Assembly (NCBI RefSeq): GCF_002571385.2
Contig: NW_019217860.1
Location: 638,856-702,855, forward strand
Source of the DNA: Stylophora pistillata
Taxonomy: Eukaryota
Length of the DNA: 64,000 bases
Direction: 5' to 3'
Under the pieces are notes generated by a model that was given only the letters and a program-made list of their open reading frames with translations, did no database searches and was not told where the DNA came from. Position numbers and translations under genes: made by a program. This document shows, piece after piece, positions 51,139 to 62,239 of this stretch (positions are counted from its first letter, which is position 1; each line of letters starts with the position of its first letter).

Positions 51139-53808
51139 TTACAGGTCCAGATTGACGTTGTCTCCAATCAGAACAAATGGTGCCCATTCCCTCACAGTGT
51201 ACCTCGCCGTCTTAGATTCTCTCATCCACTTCATGGTGTGGTGAAGAGCTTCACTGGCACTCATTTTATCACACTTTAGATGTCCGTAGAAACGAATCAT
51301 GAACTCCTTTGTGGCTTTGTCATCCACGGCCCACAGGGAAACCAACACTGAACGAGCTCCGGAAGCAATGAAAGCTCGAGCGATCCCCACAACTCCCTCC
51401 GCTTGCATGATCTTTCCTTTAGCACTGTGACAACAACTGAGTACAACCAGCTTGGCCCGGATTCGAACATTGGCGATGTCTCCCATGGTCAGCATGTAGT
51501 CCTCTTTACTTGGCTCTTGAGGGGAGGATGGGTTGGGTGCACAGGCGATCTCTCCTCTTTCGGCATCACCATGGGCGGCGATGTGTATCAGACACACATC
51601 AGTTATTCGTCGCAGCACCTCTTCCTTCGTGGCTTGCTTACCAAGCAAAGGCTCCACCTCCAGAAGAGCAGCGACTTCTTTAGCCTCCTGCCTAGCTGCT
51701 TTCAATTGCTTAAGACGTGTCACATGACTGACTTGTGGATCCCCAACGATTAGCGCTCCGGTCTGGCTGTGATAATTCTGTGATGAGTCGAGGATAAGCT
51801 TGAGTGTTGACAAAGAAGGAATGATGCGAATGCTGCAGGAGTCAGACAAGTACTTTCCAGAATCTTCCTGCAATGCGACAAAGGGAACCATGACCATAGA
51901 TCCCTCAGGAGCAAGCACGACCTCCCGGCCTTGAATACGATCAGCAATTGGAGCGATAAGTGAGTTGTACAGTTGATTTGGTAGGTTTTCAGCTTCGAGT
52001 TCTTCGACGTCCGAGTCTTGAAAGAGACGTTTCTCCCTGATTCTGTCGTGCTGGGCACCATCGGCAGGAGAATGAATGTCATATAAGGCTGACAACGAAC
52101 GGTCCTCACAGTTAACACTTCGGCCACAGAAAAGTGACCTAATATAAGCTTTAAGGAGGCAATCAATTTTGGCTTTTTCTCCAGACATCTCCTTAAAATT
52201 CAGGCCTTTTTCATTGGTCATTATCCACAGGAATTCATATTTTAAACCAGAGCCAACAAATAGTAAGATTTGCCTCTTTGCCAAACTACCCATAAGGCCA
52301 TTGAGGTCAGTTTCACTGAAGTTGGGCTTTTCTTGAATGCCATATCTCTTTGCCAACAGTTGTGTCAATACATAAGCACGGCCTCGCTCTGCTGTACACA
52401 AAGCCTCTGCGAACTTTCCAAGAGCAACCAGGAATGTGCAGCGATGACTGTACATCTGGCCGTCGACTATGGATTCCTCGAAAGAAAGTTTGGCCTCGTC
52501 ATTAAAAAGGTCACGATTGTGTTCATAACCTTTGATACTCTCAGCCAGGATATCGCATGCCTGTTCAAAGTGCCCGTATTTACCAATACAGACACCTAGC
52601 AAACCCAAACAGTCATACTTGTATTCGTGCCAACTTCCCGTTAATATTTTCGTTACATACTCATTAGCCTTATCCGGCTCACGAAGGAGTAAGTGTAGAT
52701 GACACAGTTGGGAGTAAATGAGGTCCTTATAGTCTAAGTAGTGGTCTTCTAAATTGTTTTTTCCACAAATGTCAAGACCTCTGTGTAAACACTTTATAGC
52801 TTCGTCAAATTGTTCAAGTATTCTAAGAACAATACCGAGCCTTAAATAAACCGACAATCCAAAGTAAGGCACTTTTGTATGGAGTTGCATTGCTTTCTCG
52901 AAACATTCCTTTGATTCTTCGTAACTCTCTTGAAACATGAACAAGTCTCCTAAAGATACGAGCGCTTTGGCTTTCTTTTCATCACTTTCAATTTCATCGC
53001 AGATTTGAAGAGCTTCCGTCAGTTTCCTCAAAGCTTTTTCTTCATGGTCTCGGAAAAACACATGTGCCAAGGTAATTAGGCTTTCAAACTCTATTTTCTT
53101 GAAACGACTTTTGCGACTCGTTTGAATTGATTTCTCTAGAAACCTTGCTGCCTCTTCCAACTCACCAACATTCATATGCCTCATAGCAAGCAGATGATAG
53201 GCAATTGCTTCTGTCTCTGCATCGCCGGATTCCTTGGTAGCTTCAAGCATTTCCTTGAAATATTCAATACTTTGGTCATGTTGACTTCGGTCAAAAACCA
53301 AACACAAACCAAGCGTTCGTTGACATTCGCCCTCGGTCTCTTTGCAGCCAATTTTTCTGCTTTTAGCAAGAGCAAGTTCAGCATGTATCTTTGACTCTTT
53401 GTACCTCTCCAAAGTCAGGTTGGTGTCAGCGATGGAAAGAAGTACAAATATAGTCCTTTTATTTAATGCCCTCTGAGTTTCAAGATTCACCGAGGCTTTA
53501 CATGAATTAATTTCCTGTTCGATGAGTTCTAACAGCGTCAACGACTCTTTGAAGAATTTCAAAGCTGCAAGTGGACGATGCGTGTTTTCTAGGAAACTTG
53601 CTACTGACGTTGTAATCTCCACAGCTTCCGTTGTAATCTCCACAGCTTCCGTTGGAATCTCCACAGCTTCCGTTGTAATCTCCACAGCTTCCGTTGGAAT
53701 CTCCACAGCTTCCGTTGTAATCTCCACAGCTTCCGTTGTAATCTCCACAGCTTCCGTTGTAACCTCCACAGCTTCCGTTGTAATCTCCACAGCTTCTACT
53801 TTTTCCAT
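51139..53808 (-). CDS. Intronless TPR-repeat + CHAT (caspase HetF-associated with TPRs) protein, TTC28-like
   Basis: 914-codon ORF (frame open to 53883; likely start MEKV at 53808); multiple TPR helices; [72 protein letters not shown]. Confidence 0.93.
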   Translation of the reverse strand: MEKVEAVEITTEAVEVTTEAVEITTEAVEITTEAVEIPTEAVEITTEAVEIPTEAVEITTEAVEITTSVASFLENTHRPLAALKFFKESLTLLELIEQEINSCKASVNLETQRALNKRTIFVLLSIADTNLTLERYKESKIHAELALAKSRKIGCKETEGECQRTLGLCLVFDRSQHDQSIEYFKEMLEATKESGDAETEAIAYHLLAMRHMNVGELEEAARFLEKSIQTSRKSRFKKIEFESLITLAHVFFRDHEEKALRKLTEALQICDEIESDEKKAKALVSLGDLFMFQESYEESKECFEKAMQLHTKVPYFGLSVYLRLGIVLRILEQFDEAIKCLHRGLDICGKNNLEDHYLDYKDLIYSQLCHLHLLLREPDKANEYVTKILTGSWHEYKYDCLGLLGVCIGKYGHFEQACDILAESIKGYEHNRDLFNDEAKLSFEESIVDGQMYSHRCTFLVALGKFAEALCTAERGRAYVLTQLLAKRYGIQEKPNFSETDLNGLMGSLAKRQILLFVGSGLKYEFLWIMTNEKGLNFKEMSGEKAKIDCLLKAYIRSLFCGRSVNCEDRSLSALYDIHSPADGAQHDRIREKRLFQDSDVEELEAENLPNQLYNSLIAPIADRIQGREVVLAPEGSMVMVPFVALQEDSGKYLSDSCSIRIIPSLSTLKLILDSSQNYHSQTGALIVGDPQVSHVTRLKQLKAARQEAKEVAALLEVEPLLGKQATKEEVLRRITDVCLIHIAAHGDAERGEIACAPNPSSPQEPSKEDYMLTMGDIANVRIRAKLVVLSCCHSAKGKIMQAEGVVGIARAFIASGARSVLVSLWAVDDKATKEFMIRFYGHLKCDKMSASEALHHTMKWMRESKTARYTVREWAPFVLIGDNVNLDL
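53608..53796 (-). repeat. Coding 21-bp minisatellite, 9 copies (EAVEITT)
   Basis: Unit cgttgtaatctccacagcttc x9 with three single-base variants. Confidence 0.95.
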
Positions 53809-54234
53809 GATTAACGCCGGGCTACAATTGAATAAATTGAAAACCCTTATAAGAAACCTTATGATTACCCATCTCCATGACAACTTGCACTATATGGACA
53901 CGCGTAATTATCAATCAGCCAAGCAGAGACAAGCACTAGCTTCCGCTTGCTTGAGTGACGGACGTTTGATAATCGTGCATATCAAACAACTTCTACGACT
54001 GGTTCGTCAAAGATTGTCAGACTAAAGAACAAAAATGAACCTGTCAATCACGTGAGGTTATCTGGATATCTCATAGTCAATGAATTTTAATAAAAAATAA
54101 TGAAATAAATAAATTTATCAAACCGGCAATGCCTTGTCCTTACTGTGACGTTATCTCAGATTTCATTAAAAACCTGAGGTCAAGGAAGACAACAAACTGT
54201 GAACTGAAGGACTTGTGCACTTATAGACAACTTT

Positions 54235-57200
54235 TCTCAAAACAGCTGTAAATCACCAAATTGTTTTGGATGTCTGCTGAGACTCGTGAGCTGGGAATGA
54301 CTTTCTGATCGTCCTAAAGGGCCTTGCTCCAAAATCGAAATCGCGAAATCAAGAAGAAATCTAAGCTGTTCCGAGACCAATATCCACAAAAATTGGTTTA
54401 AGAAATTTCATCCTAACATTATTTTAAACCTCGCTCCTCTGATTTATTTATGGAAAAAATAGTTCGACTGAAACGAAAATAAGTTTTTTCTATAGCACCC
54501 TGAATAGAAGCGGTCGAGGCTCACTAGGATCAGTGTATCCAACCACTTTAACATATGCAATGGCCATAATTGTAAACTTAGAGTCCCCCCCATCGAAATC
54601 GAGCCATGCTAAATCCTTGACCAACGACTTGAGGAATGCGTCTTCAAATATCGAGAAGCTAGCAATCCAAATCTTCAGCGATGTAGACAAGCATCAAGAG
54701 CTGATCGTAATAAACAAACGTTTGTATATATACGCCCAATCAGATAATCAATAACATGTCATCAACAGTAGTCATAGAAATAAGAAGGAATACCGCTAAA
54801 ATTAACGCTATTACAAGATTCACGAAGGTAAGCAGGAAATTCATGGCAACAACCTTCTTAGTTTTATATCAACATTGAAATTACACACTATCAAGAACAA
54901 CTTTAGTTACAATGAGACATTGAGTTGAATACTTTGGAAAACGAAATAATTTTCGAGGTTTCGAAACCGTTAGGATCTGTCGACATGCATGACGTACATT
55001 TTGATTTATATCTCAAAGTTCCCATTCTTTTCAAAGAAAATCCATCTGAAAACAAAGCATACAGTCTCGTAGGTAATCTCTTGTTTTCCCCTTTTTTTTT
55101 CTTTTAATAGAATACCGCTTGTCGTCTGGAGTAAGGAAGTCTTACGCAAGGCTCTGATGATAAAATTTTTCCACATCCGTCTCAGTTCACTTTCTCAGGT
55201 GCATGCAGGAAGTAATCTTGATTTTAACCTTGATCATAAAAGATTGACCTTACAAGCAAGAACCGTTACACACAAACCTCTAAACTGAAGCAACTTTAGA
55301 ATCTTCCTTTGCTATGTATATCCTTTCACAAATTAATCTATCATCCAGCGACAAAACCGAGTATAAAGCAAAACATTCGTCCGGAAGGCGTTGTCGATCT
55401 CTGTCAACCTAAATAAAGAGATATGACTATTACCACTCTCCTACCCAGTTCTTACACGGCCGAGCGGTTGAAAACACGAGATTAGACTATTACACTAGCT
55501 ACATCATACCAGCTCAATAAGTGAATCCGCTGACCAGAGGCATCGTGAAATACAAATCGGTAAATGAAAAGTGAAGTACGCACGAGTCATTACATGAAAT
55601 AGTAGATACAGACTCAAGAAAAAGCAGATCGAGAATCGACCCTACGAAAACGAAATTAACATAAGGAAAGGAATTTCTTGTTGGTGGAAAAATAGAACAT
55701 GAAAAATTCCTTAAGAGTAGCAAGTGCAGAATGAAAAGAATAGTCGAGAAGAGAGAGTAGGTGAAAACTTTGTTCCTCTGTGACGGTTCTGCCAGATAGA
55801 TACACTTTAGCTCTGTATCAAACAAAGACGCGCGTGCTGTGAATGAGACCAGTGGAAAACGGTGGATGTCCTTAATAGAGTGACCGGAAGTTAGTTGTGT
55901 ATAGAACTTCCGCAAATGATAACCAATACGCGGCGCTTTCAATCAAACTAAAGCAATTAATTGGAATGAGTTCTTAAAAAGGGCTCAACTTGCGCTATTC
56001 AAAGATTCTCACCTCGTTCATGTTTAAACGAAACTCTCTGGGAAATTTCTTGTAAATTTCAAGTTATTTCATGTTAAAAAGACAAAGATGTGGTGTACGG
56101 AATTTTGATGATAGAGACTAAAAGGCGGGAGGTAGATGTAAACTTCACGTCAGCGCGGGTTATGAAATAAATTTCCCAACAATTTTATTACCGATTTTGG
56201 AAGTTCAGTGATGGCTTTCACTGCGCATATAAGAATAATGATCAGAAGTGGTTGATCATCGGAGATTATGAGCTTTGAAGTACCCTACTTTTTGGACTTT
56301 GTCAAGACCAGAAAAAGTGTGAGGTAAAGCAAGAAATGAGATGAAAAGTTAAAAATATTCAATTTTCTTGAAGTCTGATAGATATAGAGTAAAACCCAGT
56401 TGATTTAAATTGCAGATGGATTTTCAGTTTGTCACAACAGCAATGCAAAGTTAGCTAATTAATTAGGCAAAAATGGCAGGAAATTGGGGTTTTCCAAGGG
56501 TGACCCTATATCTCCCAGGGAATTAAATGTTTGGACCTATTATTTTCATACACTTGTTAACTCATGATATTTGTTCCAGGTTTGAGCCAAGGTGCATTTG
56601 TTCCAGGTTTGAGCCAAATCGGTGATTTGAGGTTTATTGCCCCCTGCCCGGTTTACTCTTGAACACGCTCTTAGATTTGTCACAGCATTGAGGCATAATT
56701 TGCATATAAAGCCGTAGCTCTTGGGACTCTACCATAGAGCAATTTCATCAAAATATTGTTTACAAGAAAGACAATAGATTCTTTTGCGTATTTCCAAAAT
56801 ACCATTTTAAAAGTTAAGTTTAATCCTGCTTCGAAATAATCTCAACTTGCTTTGTGCCGCTGTATAACTACATCAGTATCCAAAACAGTTCTTTAGCAAT
56901 GGTTATCGAACATTGCAAAAGTCGAGTTAAACAGTCCTCGGTGTCTGTTTAAGACTCGAACGTTGGGAACGATTTTATGGCCATCCTAGAGGGTGTTACT
57001 CCGCAATCGATCGCAGAGTCATGAAGAAATCAAGGATGTTCCGAGACTGATTTTCACAAAAATGGTTTACGGAATTTTATCGTCAAACTATTTCAAACCT
57101 CGATACCTTGATCTATTTATGAAAAAAAAAATAAAGAGTTCAACTGAAACGAGAACGAGTCCTTTTCATAGCAATCTGAATGTAAGCGGTCAAGGCTTGT

Positions 57201-58930
57201 TAAGTAATGTATCCCACGATCTTCACATATGTAATGGCCAAAATTTTAAGCCACGAATCCCCCCCCAACAAATCTAAATCTAAATCGAGCTAAATTCTTG
57301 ACCAAGCACTTAAGCGATACATCTTCAAATATAAAGAAGCGAGCAAACCAAATCTTCAGCGATTTAGACAAGCATCAAGAGCTGATTTAAGGAACAAAAT
57401 TCTGTATATATACGCCCAATCAGATAACTTATAACATATCAACAACAGTAGTCACAGAAATAAGAAGGAATATCACTTAAATTAACGCCAGCACAAGATT
57501 CACTAAGGTAAACAGGCATTTCATGACAGCACCCTTCTTAGCTTTAAATCAGCGTTGAAAATACTCACCATCAAAAGAACACCTTTAGTTGCCATAAGAC
57601 ATTGACTGAGTTTAATACTTTGGAAAACGAAATAATTTTCGAAACCGTTAGCATCTGGCGAGATGCATGACGTACATTGCGATTTATATCTTAAAGTCTT
57701 CTTTCCTTTCAAAGAGAACCATCTGAAAACAAAGCGTATAGTCTCGTTGGTAGTCTCTTGTTTTCTCCTTTTTTTCTTTTAACAAAATACCGCTTACCTT
57801 CTGATATAAGGAAGTCTTGGGCGAGGCTCTGATGATAAAATTTTTCCACTTTCGTCTCAGTTCGCTTTCTCAGGTGCGTGCAGGAAGTATTCTTGATTTT
57901 TCACGGAAAAGCGTGCGCACGCGACTTAAGAAAAATTTCAGACATGCGCAGAAGGTCACGTGTCTACTGATATTGAAACTGTTGCGGAACATAAACAAGG
58001 AGTGATGTTTGAACAAAATCAAATGCCACGGCCATGTCCATTAGAAGCCCCAACGTTTCCAACGACCCCTAGTCTCACTCTGCCGTAAAATTTTATATGG
58101 AAAGAAGCATAACTAATACGGAGTCAGGTATTCATTTCTTGACTTAGCAGAGGATGAACGAACAAAAGAAGTACTCTTTGCAGAAAAAAAACTACGCGCA
58201 TTTATTTGCCGAATGATAGATCAATTTATGAAAAGGATGTAAAAAAGCAAAGGAAGATTCTAAAGTTGCTTCAGTGTAGAGGTTTCTGCGTGACGGTTTT
58301 TGCTTGTAAAGTCAATCTTTCATGATCAAGATTAAAATCAAGATTACTTCCTGCATGCACTTGAGAAAGCAAACTGAGGCGGGAGTGGTAATATTTTGTC
58401 ATCAGAGCCTCGCGCATGATTTCTTTATTTCAGTCAATAAACGTTATTTTGTTACAAGAAAAATAAAAAGGAGTAAACAAGAGATTACCTACGGGACTCT
58501 ACGCTTTGTTCTCTGATGGATTCTCTTTGAAATGAACGAAAATCTCAAGATATAAATCAAAATCTATGTCATATAGACAGCTGCAAGTGGTTTCGAAAAT
58601 TATTTTGTTTTCTAAAGTATTCAAGTCAGTCAATGTCGTATTGAAACTACGTACAGTTGTCCTTACTGGGGAGAATTTTAATTGTTGATATAAAACCAAG
58701 AGGGGCGCTGTCATGAAATGCCTGCTTTTCTTCGTTAATTACGTATTGGCGTTAATTTTAGTGACATGTTCCTTCTTGTTTCTGTGACTACTGTCGGTAA
58801 CGTGTTACTAGTTATATACGCAAACTTCTGAATACACATTTGTTCTTTACGGTCAGTTCTTGATGATTGTCTACATTGCCGAATATTTCGTTTGTTAACT
58901 TCTTGATATATGAAGATATTCCGCTTGAGT
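54235..58930. repeat. Three diverged copies of an unassigned 0.6-1 kb sequence (~54235-55240 +, ~56880-57900 +, ~58320-58930 -)
   Basis: Shared blocks tcttcaaatat...gacaagcatcaagagctga, ttgaatactttggaaaacgaaataattttcga, ccatctgaaaacaaagc, tgcatgcaggaagtaatcttgatttt. Confidence 0.8.
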
Positions 58931-59443
58931 GGTATCCAGCCCCTAAAAAAATCCGTTTCTCTAATGTTGATTTACAGCTAATTCGAGGAGGGTTGTCGGA
59001 AAAATTATCACGTTCACGTGACAACCCGAAAGGCATTGTGGGTAGTTTTAAGCTCTCTGTCCTTACTTGACCTCAACATTTCAAAGGAATCTGAGAAAAT
59101 TGTCACTATGAGAACAAGGCATCGCGGGTTGGATTAATTAATTAATTAATTAACTAATTTCATTTTACATTAATTGATTACCAGATACCTTGATTACCTC
59201 CCAAAATTAGTGCGTTCAGTTTTTCTCCTTTTTCCTTACAACCTTTCTCGAAACAGCTGTGGATCTTTGTAGAGTTGTTCGATTATCAAATGTGCTTTTT
59301 TCAGGCAGGCGAAAGCGAGTGCTTGCCTCCTCTTAGCTGATTATCTATTATTCGTGTCCATATTTTGCGACTTGGCGTAGAGATGTCTAATCATAGTGTC
59401 CCTTAAGAGAGCTTTATTTTATTCACTCAGCCCGTCATTAATC

Positions 59444-61964
59444 GTGGAAAAAGTAGCTGTCGTGGAAGCTCTGGAGATTACTACGTTAGTGGCACGCTTT
59501 CTAGAAAACACCAAACGTCGACGTGCAGCTTTAAATTTCTACAAAGAGTTGGTGACGCTGTTAGAACTTAGACAGGAATTTAATTTATCAAAAGCCTGGA
59601 GGAATTTTAAAACACGAAAGGAATTGGATTACAGGACTATATCAGCATTTCTTTCCATCACTGTCATCAACTTACACTTGGGTAAGTACAATGAATCAAA
59701 GATATACGCTGAACTTGCTCTTGCTAAAAGCAGAAAACTGACTGCAAAAAGATGGAAGTATTATGTCATCAGATATTTAGTATATGTTTGGCTTTTGGCC
59801 GTAACCAACATGACCGAAATACTGAATGTCTCAAGGAAATGCTTCAAGTTACCAAGGAATCCGGCGATACAGAGACAGAAGCAACTGCTTATTACCCGCT
59901 TGCGATGACAAATATTGATGTTGGTCAGATGGATGAGGAAGCAGAGTTTCTATAGAAATCAATTCAAACGAGTCACAAGGGTGGTTGCAGATGGAAAGAG
60001 TTTGAATGCCTAATCGCACTGGCACTTAAAGTGCTTTCACCTGGCAACAAAAATAAAGCGTTTGAGAAACTGGAAGAGGCTCTTCTAATAAGCGAACAAA
60101 TTGCAGACATTAAATGGAAAGCTAGAGCCTCCAGGCTTTAGGGGACGCTTATTGGGTTGATAGTAGATACGAAGAGGCAAGGGAATATTACGAGAACTTA
60201 GTGCAGTTCAGTGCAATATTGCCTTATGCAAGAATATGGGTTTACATCAGGCTCGTTACTGTTCTTGTTGTACTTAAACAGTTTGATGAAGCCATGAAGT
60301 GTTTGCACAAAGCCCTCGAAACCTGTGAAGAAGACAAGTCAGTATAACAGACCTTATGCTGCAAGGACGACATCTACGTCGAACTCTGTCACCTTCATTT
60401 ACTCCTTGGTCAGCCGGGAAAAGCTACTGAGTATGTAAAGAAGATATTACAATAAAGAGAAGTTGCTACGAAAAGAAGCATGCGCCCCTTGGCCGCCTAC
60501 GTACCTATATTAGTGGATACGACCACTTTGAACAAGCATGCGACATCCTGGCTGAGAGTATCAAAGGTTACGAAACAATCTTGAGCCTCTAGATGATGAA
60601 TCCAAACTTTCTGTTGGAGAAATAGAAGTCAACGTCATAATTCATCAGCATCGTTACTTTTTGTTATTTGCTCTTGGTAAGTTCAACGAGGCTTTGTGTA
60701 CAGCACAGCAAGGCCGTGCCCGTGTATTGACAGGACTGTTGGCAAAGAAATTGTAGCTGCACGAAAAGGCCAAGTTCAGCTAGTGAAACGGAACTCAGTA
60801 GCCTTATGGGTAGTTTGAAGAAGAGTCAAATGATAGTATATTTTGGCTCTGCTGTCAAAAGGAGCGTCTGCTGGATAATGGAAAATGAACATTGTCCGAA
60901 ACTGGAGGTGATCTATCAAGAAGAAGCCGAAGTTGATTGTCTCCTCGAGGCTTCTCTCAGGTCACTTTCGTGTAGTCAAAGCATCAACTGTGAGGACCGT
61001 CCGTTGTTAGCCTTGTGCGAAAATCAGTCTGCTGTTAATCGTAACCAGAACGTCAAAGTCAGAGAGAAACGTCCCTTTGAAGACTCAGACGACGAGGAAC
61101 TTGAAGCTTAAAACTTACCAAATCAACTGTACAACACACATATAGCTCTGTTTGCTAATGGTATTCAAGACCGAGAGGTTGTACTTGCTCCCAACGGATC
61201 TATTGTCATGGTTCCCTTTGCCGCATTTCAGGACGATTCTGAAAAGTACCTATCTGACTCGTGCAGCATTCGAATCATTCCTTCGTTGTCAACACTCAAG
61301 CTTATCCTCGACTCCCCAGAGAATTATCACAGCTAGACTGGAGCGCTGATTGTTAGTGATCCACAAGTCAGCCATGTCACACCATTATGGCAATTGAAAG
61401 CAGCGAGGCAGGAGGCTAAAGAAATCGCTGATCTTCTAGAGCTGGAGCCTTTGTTGGGTGAGCAAGCCATGAAGGAAGAGGTGCTTCGACGAATAAGTGA
61501 TGTGCGTTTGATACACCTCGCCGCCCATGGCGATGCGGAAAGAGGAGAGATTGCTTGTGCACCCAACCCATCCTCCCCTAAAATCCCAATGAAGGAGAAT
61601 TACATACTGACCATCTCAGACGTCGGCAATGTCCGAATCCGGGCCAAGCTGGTTGTGCTCAGCTGTTGTCACAGTGCTAAAGGAAAGATCATGAAAGCCG
61701 AAGGAGTTGTGGGGATCGCTCGAGCTTTTATTGCTTCCGGAGCGCGTTCGGTGCTGCATGGTTTCCCTGTGGGCCGTAGATGACAAAGCCAAGAAGGAGT
61801 TCATGATTCGTATCTACGGACAGCTGAAGAGTGATAAAATAAGCGCCAGGGAAGCTCTTCACCAGACCATGAAGTGGATGAGAGAATCTAAGTCGGCGAG
61901 GTACACTGTGAGGGAATGGGCACCATTTGTTCTCATTGGAGATGACGTTAATCTGAACTTGTAA
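59444..61964 (+). pseudogene. TPR-CHAT pseudogene, inverted paralogue of 51139-53808
   Basis: Colinear similarity over the full length; ATG changed to GTG at 59444; frameshifts (~59740, ~61757 and others); stops (e.g. 59953, 61109); ends WAPFVLIGDDVNLNL*. Confidence 0.92.
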
Positions 61965-62239
61965 GAACTTTTTTTCAAGTCCGGTGCAGTAAGACGAGAA
62001 CACGGGAGAGAGAAATGTACCACTTTTTCTAATATTAAATGTAACTTCTGATGAGAAAATGACTTTTGTTCCGGTTATCAGTCGACTTTTGCAAAGTTTG
62101 ATAGTCATTGCTAAAGAACTGATTTGTATACCTGTAGTAGTTGCATCGCAATCCAGAGCAAAACAATTTAAAATTATTTCATAATAGCATAAACGTAACT
62201 TTCAAAGTAGTATTTTGGAAATACGCGAATGAATTTCTT

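Noticed and set aside
53522-54025. 167-aa plus-strand ORF with VVISTAS repeats
   Set aside because: Antisense shadow of the TPR-CHAT minisatellite
58760-58825. GPCR TM1-like peptide FLLVSVTTVGNVLLVIYA
   Set aside because: The GN motif is absent from the other two copies and no further TM motifs follow
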